Shown here: in pieces, positions 45,273 to 52,622 of the stretch | How the letters are laid out: each line of letters begins with the position of its first letter | How positions within the stretch are numbered: position 1 is the stretch's first letter | Virus record (IMG/VR): IMGVR_UViG_3300025138_000016 | Length of the DNA stretch: 64,000 bases | Source of the DNA: a virus | Strand: one strand, 5' to 3' | Program-made: the position numbers and the translations under genes | Notes under the pieces: model-generated | Seen by the model: the letters and a program-made list of their open reading frames with translations, nothing else | Databases searched by the model: none | Told to the model about the DNA's origin: nothing

Positions 45273-45463
45273 GTTAGTAATTGTTTCACTCCGAGTACGT
45301 AATTCTCTGCCGCATCTTCTGCCCATGCTTCTGATTTGCCAGGATACATTTCTTGTTTAACTTCAGCACCATCTACAAAGAAGGTACACCCATATACTCC
45401 GCCTTCAAAGATAACTCTCGCCATCTTATTAGCATCAACGTATTCGCTTAAAAATTGAGCCAT
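45269..45463 (-). CDS. Small conserved phage protein
   Basis: KSEAWAEDAAENYVLG motif; coupled to its neighbours on both sides. Confidence 0.75.
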   Translation of the reverse strand: MAQFLSEYVDANKMARVIFEGGVYGCTFFVDGAEVKQEMYPGKSEAWAEDAAENYVLGVKQLLT

Positions 45464-46395
45464 TATTGCCTCGCTGTTTTTCTATGAGGCTCATCGCTAT
45501 CAACTAAACCTAATGCATAAGCATCTATAAGGTCTTGCGACGTCGCTCTAATAGGGTTAATATCAATACCACCACGTCTAGTATATAGACATGCTACTAA
45601 AATTTCTGTATCGTCAGCAAGCATATCTTTTAATCTCTTAAATACACACTCACAAATCTCTTCATGGAAGTGATTCTCTTTTCTCATACTAACAATATAA
45701 CGCATTAACGATTCAGGCGTTACACAATCTTCACCACTAATGTGGATATAGATATCACCCCAATCAGGCTGGTTAGTAATCCTACAGTTAGATCTTAGAG
45801 CACTAGAGGTAACTTGGAAAGGCATAAAGCCTAACATAGGAGCTCTATCTAAAGTATCAGGGCTCTCTTCGTACTCAATGAACTCAATATCTTCTACTTC
45901 AATAAGAGATTCTAATCTTACAAAGTGACCAGTAATAGGAGCTACAGGTAGCTCGTTCTGCTCATCATAATGAAACGATACATCTATCTCACATTCCAAA
46001 GCTTCAGTTAAGTCTGTAGTAATCTTTCTCTCTACATTTCGTATAGCATTAGTAATGGTACTACCCATCTTATGCATATTGTATGAGTTCATATATAACT
46101 TAAGTGACTTAGACTCAACAATACATTCACTATCAGAAGGGTATACTAATTTAACTACACCGCTAACAGGAAAGCCATTCTCTAATAGGAATGATACTTC
46201 ATAACAATTCCAAGAGTCAAAGCCTACGAATGGTAAGTCATCGTCATCTATCTTATATTCTGTTCTATTAAGTACTCTAGGTACAGGTACAAGTAAACTA
46301 CTATCAGCTCTATCAGGAGTAACATAAGGGTTAACTATGCTCCCGTCACCAGCTTTACCTAAGTGCTTACTTACAATTCTATCTAATTCTTTCAT
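45463..46395 (-). CDS. queF: NADPH-dependent preQ0 reductase, bimodular YqcD type
   Basis: WNCYEVS, VESKSLKLY QueF motif, LRSNCRITNQPDWG (catalytic Cys/Asp), HFHEE and YTRRGGIDINP. Confidence 0.95.
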   Translation of the reverse strand: MKELDRIVSKHLGKAGDGSIVNPYVTPDRADSSLLVPVPRVLNRTEYKIDDDDLPFVGFDSWNCYEVSFLLENGFPVSGVVKLVYPSDSECIVESKSLKLYMNSYNMHKMGSTITNAIRNVERKITTDLTEALECEIDVSFHYDEQNELPVAPITGHFVRLESLIEVEDIEFIEYEESPDTLDRAPMLGFMPFQVTSSALRSNCRITNQPDWGDIYIHISGEDCVTPESLMRYIVSMRKENHFHEEICECVFKRLKDMLADDTEILVACLYTRRGGIDINPIRATSQDLIDAYALGLVDSDEPHRKTARQ

Positions 46396-46923
46396 TTAAC
46401 TAATTACCTTTAAAACTTGATCTACTCTTTCTCTTACTGAGCCTGATACCGTAATATGTTCTCTAGGTAACTCAGTAATAAAGCCTTCAAATAGATCGCT
46501 TATTTCATCTCTGAAGTCAAGACTTATAGATCTTACTCCGTCATCAACTATATCAAACTCAGGTCTAATATAAAAAATATAATCATAACTACTAACTAAT
46601 CTATCATAGATAGCTTTAACCTTATCTAAAGTCTTCTTACTTACTTTATTATGATTATGTAAGTATGCAGTATAAACTAATCCATCTAAAGCAGTACGAT
46701 CAGTTAACATATGATCATACATAAACACATTAGCGATATGCTTCTGCATAATAAGTATCTGAGTTAGATCAGAACCAGCTTCATTTATATCAAAGCCCAT
46801 CTCTTTAATCTCTCTCGTCACTTCGTCACAAACAGTATACTGACTTAGCATCCTCTCAGATCTAAGAGCATTAAGTAAAGTAGTCTTACCTACTGATTGC
46901 GCTCCAGTAATACCTATTCTCAT
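46396..46923 (-). CDS. P-loop nucleotide-kinase-like protein (AAA_28/NadR-like)
   Basis: ITGAQSVGKTT, TDRTALD, DDGVRS and SGSVRER motifs. Confidence 0.85.
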   Translation of the reverse strand: MRIGITGAQSVGKTTLLNALRSERMLSQYTVCDEVTREIKEMGFDINEAGSDLTQILIMQKHIANVFMYDHMLTDRTALDGLVYTAYLHNHNKVSKKTLDKVKAIYDRLVSSYDYIFYIRPEFDIVDDGVRSISLDFRDEISDLFEGFITELPREHITVSGSVRERVDQVLKVIS

Positions 46924-47429
46924 AATTTACCTACAAAAAATATTTGCCATAACTTAACAGCCTCATGCCTTAAGTCTTCAGTTAATTCATCTACAGTAGT
47001 ACCTTTATGAATAATATAATCACTAAACAGTTCAGGAGTACCACCGTCAACAGTATCATCTACTCTATGAATAAGTACACCAGTACTTTCTAATCCAAGC
47101 TCAATAGCTTTCTTCTGAGGATGAATACCTTTTAATTCAGGATACTTAAATATGTCACCAGGATGCACATTATAAATCTTAGCTTTAATCTCAGAAGCTT
47201 TAAGAAGTCTCCAATACCCATGTAAGGTAACTAGAGTATCTTCATGAAGGTTCTTTAATAAGCATTCTATTTCTTTAGCAGGAGATATCTGAACAGAGCT
47301 CAGTCTTTTATCCCAATCAGTACGTACTTCATCACAAAGAACGAGATCAGGCTCAATGCCTATTTTATCTATAACCTCAGCTAACTCTTTACCCGAGTTG
47401 CTGAACAACGCTACCCATTTCTTCATCAA
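46920..47429 (-). CDS. PurN-like formyltransferase (DpdN-like)
   Basis: ALFSNSG, LHGYWRL, YNVHPG, YPELKG and STGVLIHRVDDTVDGG motifs. Confidence 0.88.
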   Translation of the reverse strand: MMKKWVALFSNSGKELAEVIDKIGIEPDLVLCDEVRTDWDKRLSSVQISPAKEIECLLKNLHEDTLVTLHGYWRLLKASEIKAKIYNVHPGDIFKYPELKGIHPQKKAIELGLESTGVLIHRVDDTVDGGTPELFSDYIIHKGTTVDELTEDLRHEAVKLWQIFFVGKL

Positions 47430-48216
47430 TATTTGCCCTGAATTTCATTATATTATAGAAGACTTTCGCTGCATTTTCAACAGGTTCTTCCATTAGTTCA
47501 AATAGCTTAACAGACTCTTTATCTTCTAGTCCGAATACACCATCAGTTTCAACATAATCTATACCCATCATACCATGTATAACAGGATTAGACGTATCAA
47601 TAGTATCGATGAAGTCATAGTCTTTACCTTTATAGAGAGCAAACTCCTGAGGTAAACCACAACCTAATAAATGATGAGGCTTATTATAATTAATAGCCTT
47701 CTCTTTAATAAGTAGATCAATTAAATGCTTTCTACCTTTCATCCAGCTATGATACTTAGTCGGCTCATCAGGATATATTTCCTCGAACCAACTATAATCA
47801 AATGAGATAGCAATAATGTCTGCCTCACTAGCCATAAACTTATAACAGTCAACAATCTCTTGCTCTGTCTTACCTTGAACAACTCCAATCTTAGACCCTT
47901 TTAAGTCTTCGTACTTAGACATCCAGCTGTTCCAATTAGCGATAGTACCATCAATGTCTTCTAATACATCTGGTACTATATAAGCAGAAGGTTTGAGCTG
48001 CTTACACCATGCCGCAAAGTCATCAGCATCGAATGCTGTACCTAGTTCAAAGATACTATTATCTAATATAATATATCTACCAGCTTTCTTCGCATCAATA
48101 AAATGATTATAGTAAGTTCTATTCTCTTCAAACAGATGAACTAAAGCATAATCGTAATCAGTTACTTTTGATACTTGCTTTATAATCTCTAAAGGTGCTT
48201 CGTGGGCTACTCTCAT
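47389..48216 (-). CDS. TGT-fold 7-deazaguanine transglycosylase-like protein (divergent DpdA-like)
   Basis: ILDNSIFE, VPDVL, GVVQG, HHLLG and IDTSNP map onto TGT catalytic motifs; no CxCxxC zinc site; embedded among que genes. Confidence 0.75.
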   Translation of the reverse strand: MRVAHEAPLEIIKQVSKVTDYDYALVHLFEENRTYYNHFIDAKKAGRYIILDNSIFELGTAFDADDFAAWCKQLKPSAYIVPDVLEDIDGTIANWNSWMSKYEDLKGSKIGVVQGKTEQEIVDCYKFMASEADIIAISFDYSWFEEIYPDEPTKYHSWMKGRKHLIDLLIKEKAINYNKPHHLLGCGLPQEFALYKGKDYDFIDTIDTSNPVIHGMMGIDYVETDGVFGLEDKESVKLFELMEEPVENAAKVFYNIMKFRANIDEEMGSVVQQLG

Positions 48217-48428
48217 TCAAAATATCCTTCTAATACCTCGATCTTATCATGCAGCTCTGCAATCTTACCGAGTTCGCCGTCTATTGTTTCTAGTAAGTCA
48301 GGATGCTCAGCAACACCGACTCCTTTCTGCATTAAATTTTCAACATTAATAATATGTTGACCGATAACAGAAGTATAATATTGCTTCTGTACACTAATAA
48401 TTTTATCTCTCATGTCCTTATCTAACAT
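48213..48428 (-). CDS. Conserved phage hypothetical protein
   Basis: H..NVE.L....VGVAEHPD...TI..EL pattern. Confidence 0.8.
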   Translation of the reverse strand: MLDKDMRDKIISVQKQYYTSVIGQHIINVENLMQKGVGVAEHPDLLETIDGELGKIAELHDKIEVLEGYFE

Positions 48429-49183
48429 TATTTACTCGCAAATTGTTGCTGTATCATAATGTCGTCAAAGAACTCTTTCTTAACATCAGGCTCGTTAAAT
48501 CTACCTTTAAGTACAGTAGTCTGCGTTAAAGATGAATGAGCCATAATGCCTCTGTTCTCACAACAACCATGCGTAGCGTGAATATATACAGCTAGGTCTT
48601 CAGTACCAGTAGCTGCATGCAGCTCTTTAACGATAGCATTACATAGTTCTTCTTGTAATGTACCTCTACGAGCTACCCATTGAGCGATTCTTGTATACTT
48701 AGATAAACCAATAACTTTACCATTAGGTATAATACCAATATAGGCAGTTCCTACAACAGGTTGATGATGATGAGAGCAAACAGATCTTAGTTCAGATCTT
48801 ACTACTAACATACCTTCATACTTGTCAGGTCCATCATTAGGGAATGCAGTCGCAGCAGGCTTATCAGTATACCTACCAGCCATAAGCTCATTGATATACA
48901 TCTTAGCTAGACGTCTAGGAGTACCCATCGCGTTAGGATCGTTCCTCCAATCAATTAAAAGTCTATGCAGTACTTCTTCGAAAGCTTCTGCTACTTCATC
49001 AATAAGATTCTCTCTTCCAGCGTCAGTCATTATCTGAGCTATATTATCATTAGACCAGGCACGTAGACCGTCTTTATGTATTAGGTTCCAATACAATTCA
49101 TGCACTTTATTCTCGCTTGAATCATGTTGATGATAAGTATCGTTTTTTATTACAGGAGCAGTTCTTGCTTTAATATTTTCCAT
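48428..49183 (-). CDS. folE: GTP cyclohydrolase I
   Basis: TPRRLAKMY, SVCSHHHQP, VIGLSKYTR, LQEEL and HGCCENRG motifs. Confidence 0.96.
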   Translation of the reverse strand: MENIKARTAPVIKNDTYHQHDSSENKVHELYWNLIHKDGLRAWSNDNIAQIMTDAGRENLIDEVAEAFEEVLHRLLIDWRNDPNAMGTPRRLAKMYINELMAGRYTDKPAATAFPNDGPDKYEGMLVVRSELRSVCSHHHQPVVGTAYIGIIPNGKVIGLSKYTRIAQWVARRGTLQEELCNAIVKELHAATGTEDLAVYIHATHGCCENRGIMAHSSLTQTTVLKGRFNEPDVKKEFFDDIMIQQQFASK

Positions 49184-49206
49184 ATGTATATTATATCCTA
49201 TTTTAC

Positions 49207-49662
49207 TTATGAATTCAAGTCTCTTTGATAGATAGCGCTATTAGCTCCGTGCTCAGCTACCTCGCAGGATTCAACCCAGCATCTACCATCTGACTTATCG
49301 TTAATTAATTTCTGAGCAAAGTTAAAAGCATGCTCAGCAAACTTCTCGGCACCTACGCCATCGAATATTCTAATCTCAGCTAGACCTATCTCTTCTAGAT
49401 GCTCTAACTCGCTTCGCATAGGGTCAGCTTTATCGACAACAGTCTTATGATCAAAGCTATCTTCGAGCCATCTCTTTAGGTCTTTTAGACCGCCAAAGTC
49501 AACTGCCCAGTTCTTATTATCAAGCTCATGACAACCGAATTTAAAAGTAAAGGCAAGGCTATAACCGTGCAGTAAATGACAATGCGAATGATCAGCATTA
49601 GGTTGACGGAACACTGCGCTTAAGCCAATGTTATGTCCGTAGTGTTTAGTACTATAGTACAT
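49207..49662 (-). CDS. queD: 6-carboxy-5,6,7,8-tetrahydropterin synthase
   Basis: SHCHLLHGY, VDFGGLK, FDH, AE and VAEHGANSAIY motifs. Confidence 0.93.
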   Translation of the reverse strand: MYYSTKHYGHNIGLSAVFRQPNADHSHCHLLHGYSLAFTFKFGCHELDNKNWAVDFGGLKDLKRWLEDSFDHKTVVDKADPMRSELEHLEEIGLAEIRIFDGVGAEKFAEHAFNFAQKLINDKSDGRCWVESCEVAEHGANSAIYQRDLNS

Positions 49663-50125
49663 CTTTATCCTCCCACCAGAAGTTTATCCATCTCTCGTCT
49701 TCATTACGAGAAATAGTTTTATGAAAAAAATCAGGCATAATATCCTGATCCGTATTTAAATATAGACAAGCAATGGATAAGTTCTCTTTAGGAAAGTCTC
49801 CAAACGTTTCTATAACTTGCGACAGAGTAGTCCCTGTATCAATTAGGTCATCAACTAATAATATATTTTGCCCTGCATTCATATCAGCAGGTATAGTTTC
49901 ATTGATCTCTTTATCCTCAAAGTCTCTTGTTGACCAAGTTAATGGTACAAGAGGTATCTCAAGAATGTATGATAGTCTAACCGCGAGTGGAAGTCCACCT
50001 CTTGCTAATCCAACTATCTTATCGTAATTAGTTCCTACAGCATTTATATTATTTACTAACGAAGTTATACCTTCATCGAAATCCTTTTTACTGTACTCTA
50101 TTTCTTTATTATCTTTTCCAAACAT
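49652..50125 (-). CDS. Type I phosphoribosyltransferase (xanthine/guanine PRTase-like)
   Basis: VGLARGGL, LLVDDLIDTGTT (PRPP motif), PDF and WINFWWE. Confidence 0.92.
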   Translation of the reverse strand: MFGKDNKEIEYSKKDFDEGITSLVNNINAVGTNYDKIVGLARGGLPLAVRLSYILEIPLVPLTWSTRDFEDKEINETIPADMNAGQNILLVDDLIDTGTTLSQVIETFGDFPKENLSIACLYLNTDQDIMPDFFHKTISRNEDERWINFWWEDKDVL

Positions 50126-50649
50126 TATTCATACCAAGTTACTAGCACGACTCTATTACCCTTTAGAACCTTACTGACTGAATGCTGAACATTCGGTCCG
50201 TATGCTATAGTTTCACCAACCTTCTGCTTAACGATGACGGGTATAATCTCATCGCCTGGCTTATAATCTTTCTCGTTATATCTGTTTAAGACAGAGCCAT
50301 CTTCGGGGACTTGCATATCAGATTTATAGTGAGGTTCATATACTATAATATCTCCACCATCAAGATCATTTGCCTCGACGAGTGTTATTGCAGTCTTCTT
50401 AACTACATCGTTATTATCAGAATGCTTACGAGTAAACGCTCCTTCGATATAGTCTAAGAAATATTGAGAATGAATCTTAAGTTCATCAGTCTCTAATTCC
50501 ATTATAAATTTATCACTTGGTACAATACGTTGAGTAAGATAGTGCAAGTTATAAAATCTCTTTATAGTAACTATTGGTAGAGAGTAATACAACTCTTTCA
50601 TCTTATTATGTACGCTCTCTTCAAGCATACCTTCGCTTTTATACACCAA
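50125..50649 (-). CDS. 2OG-Fe(II) oxygenase-like protein
   Basis: FTRKHSD (HxD), LDGG and QHSVSKV.KGNRVVLVTW. Confidence 0.8.
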   Translation of the reverse strand: MVYKSEGMLEESVHNKMKELYYSLPIVTIKRFYNLHYLTQRIVPSDKFIMELETDELKIHSQYFLDYIEGAFTRKHSDNNDVVKKTAITLVEANDLDGGDIIVYEPHYKSDMQVPEDGSVLNRYNEKDYKPGDEIIPVIVKQKVGETIAYGPNVQHSVSKVLKGNRVVLVTWYE

Positions 50650-51526
50650 TTAAATTACCCCATAAGTAAGTATGAACTCTAGCAGCTACATTATAGCCTC
50701 TCTTAAAGGCTTCAGCAGCAACGTCTCCATCTACTAGCTTCTGACCTTCTACAGTAGCACCAACAGGCATTATCCAAATAGGCCAATGCACGTGATGGTC
50801 TCTGAAAGCTTCAATAGTATCTTCGAGCTCTTTCCATGTCTCAGGCTTACCATCTACAACAAACTTAAGTTGCCCTGTGTTAGTAAACATCTGATACTTC
50901 TCTACAACTTCAGGACGAATAGCTCTCTTAGTCGTTTCTCCTGATACGTTAAATAATTTAGGGCTACATGATATAAATAATTCACTGCCCCATACATCTC
51001 TATACTCTTGCCAGAACTCTACTACCTCTGGTCTTATTGTTTGAGTACCATTAGTTTCATACGTTACAAACCTAGGATAGTCTCTTTCGTTTATCCAATG
51101 CTTCATCATATTCATACTACATATCTGAGCATGCTTCATAAAAGGCTCACCGCCAGTAAAGCACATATGTCTATCATTCCATTTACCATTATTCCATTTA
51201 TTAGTAAATCTTTCTCTTACCTTATCAGCTATCTCTACAGCTGTACCATTACGTTGTAAGTGCTTAAACTTCTTAGACCATGAATAAGAACTATCACATC
51301 CGAATTCAAATACAGGAAGCTCTTCCATATTCTTAATACCTATAAGATCAATATCTTTATAAGGTAGTTGATAGGTGTCTGGGTTAGTAGGATCTTCTTG
51401 ACCGAATCCATTACATTGTAAGTTACATAGAAAGAATCTCATCCATGCAGTCGGTCGTCCAGTATATTGACCTTCACCTTGAATAGAGTCGAATATCTCT
51501 GAGTAGTTATAAGTCTGCTCTGTCAT
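50639..51526 (-). CDS. queE: 7-carboxy-7-deazaguanine synthase (radical SAM)
   Basis: SEIFDSIQGEG, CNLQC...CDS (expanded Cys motif), FTGGEP, ETNG, SPKL and RVHTYLWG. Confidence 0.95.
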   Translation of the reverse strand: MTEQTYNYSEIFDSIQGEGQYTGRPTAWMRFFLCNLQCNGFGQEDPTNPDTYQLPYKDIDLIGIKNMEELPVFEFGCDSSYSWSKKFKHLQRNGTAVEIADKVRERFTNKWNNGKWNDRHMCFTGGEPFMKHAQICSMNMMKHWINERDYPRFVTYETNGTQTIRPEVVEFWQEYRDVWGSELFISCSPKLFNVSGETTKRAIRPEVVEKYQMFTNTGQLKFVVDGKPETWKELEDTIEAFRDHHVHWPIWIMPVGATVEGQKLVDGDVAAEAFKRGYNVAARVHTYLWGNLIGV

Positions 51527-52053
51527 AATTCGTCCATTACTTGCTGAACCCATTTTATTACTCTAGGGTAAGTTAATGTAGGTTCATTATCTTCATCAAT
51601 AGGTAGACCGAAGAAGGTTGATTCATCAGCTAAGCCGTTAGATTGCTCCCAACGATAGCCATCCGTAGATGTTAGTCCTATTAGCCTTCCACCATTCTGT
51701 ACAACAACACCAGCTAACATACCAAGACCATCTACAAAGTTATTAGCATAGCCAACTTGATCACCTAGCCCATATAGCGCTACAGTCTGACCAGTAAAGT
51801 CAATTGCTTCAAATTTAGATATAGAGTTGTTCCAGTCGTCTGAGTATTCACCATAGGTATCTAATCTAGGTTCACACCAAGTAGGTATTCCGAGTATAAG
51901 GAGATCTGCTTTCCAGTCTTCTGGCTTAGCATCTTCGACGTTTATTATGTCTTTTGAATGAAAGGCGTTTAGGATCACATCACCAACTAGTTTAGTGAAA
52001 CCAGTTTCGGTACCATAAATTAGCTTTACGCCTATCTCTGAGTTGAGACTCAT
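51523..52053 (-). CDS. Long-chain flavodoxin
   Basis: YGTETGFT, LGIPTW, YGLGDQVGY..NFVDG and F.GLPIDEDNE..LT..RV..W motifs. Confidence 0.93.
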   Translation of the reverse strand: MSLNSEIGVKLIYGTETGFTKLVGDVILNAFHSKDIINVEDAKPEDWKADLLILGIPTWCEPRLDTYGEYSDDWNNSISKFEAIDFTGQTVALYGLGDQVGYANNFVDGLGMLAGVVVQNGGRLIGLTSTDGYRWEQSNGLADESTFFGLPIDEDNEPTLTYPRVIKWVQQVMDEL

Positions 52054-52098
52054 ATTAACTCCTAGTTATATTAAAGATGTGGAAGGGCACATCTTATA

Positions 52099-52620
52099 TT
52101 ATTTAGCTTGCTTACTAACCTTTCTGAGAACTCTCTTCATCTTTTCCCATTTACGTTTGAACCTAGCCAAGTTAACAGCATGAGCTCTAGTAAAGTACTC
52201 AATGCCATCTAAGTGATCTATTTCATGTAAGCAAACTCTTGCAGCGTTACCACTATACTTTCTTGTCTGCATTTCACCGTGCAGGTTAAAATATCTTACT
52301 CTAATATCTTTTGCTCGTTTGACCTTAACAAAGACACCAGGATAAGATAAACACCCTTCATCCATATTCACCTGCTCTTCTGACTCATAAGTCACAACAG
52401 GATTAAATATTACTTCAGTAGGCTCGGTAGCAATAGCAAATACTCTTGCGGGTATGCCAATCTGATTAGCAGCAAGACCTATACCATTTCCCTTTTCCAT
52501 AGTATCTATTAATTCTTTAGATAGATCAGATGGGTCTTTAATAGGGTTACTAAAATCGAACTCAGGCATTACTTGTCTGAGCATATCGTTAAGATCGCCG
52601 ATCGGTATTATTCTTGCCAT
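52099..52620 (-). CDS. def: Peptide deformylase
   Basis: GIGLAANQ, EGCLS and HEIDHLDG motifs. Confidence 0.96.
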   Translation of the reverse strand: MARIIPIGDLNDMLRQVMPEFDFSNPIKDPSDLSKELIDTMEKGNGIGLAANQIGIPARVFAIATEPTEVIFNPVVTYESEEQVNMDEGCLSYPGVFVKVKRAKDIRVRYFNLHGEMQTRKYSGNAARVCLHEIDHLDGIEYFTRAHAVNLARFKRKWEKMKRVLRKVSKQAK

Positions 52621-52622
52621 TA

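Noticed and set aside
46920-47429. Calling the formyltransferase a purine-biosynthesis purN auxiliary gene
   Set aside because: No other pur genes are in the window and it overlaps the TGT-fold gene inside the que cluster, so preQ1 formylation fits better.
48428-49183. folE as a folate auxiliary gene
   Set aside because: It is adjacent to queD and the TGT-fold gene; FolE is the first step of preQ0 synthesis.
43875-51526. Interpreting the que genes as tRNA queuosine auxiliary metabolism
   Set aside because: No queA, queG/queH, canonical zinc-binding tgt or tRNA genes are visible, and the position among replication genes favours DNA modification. This alternative is not formally excluded.
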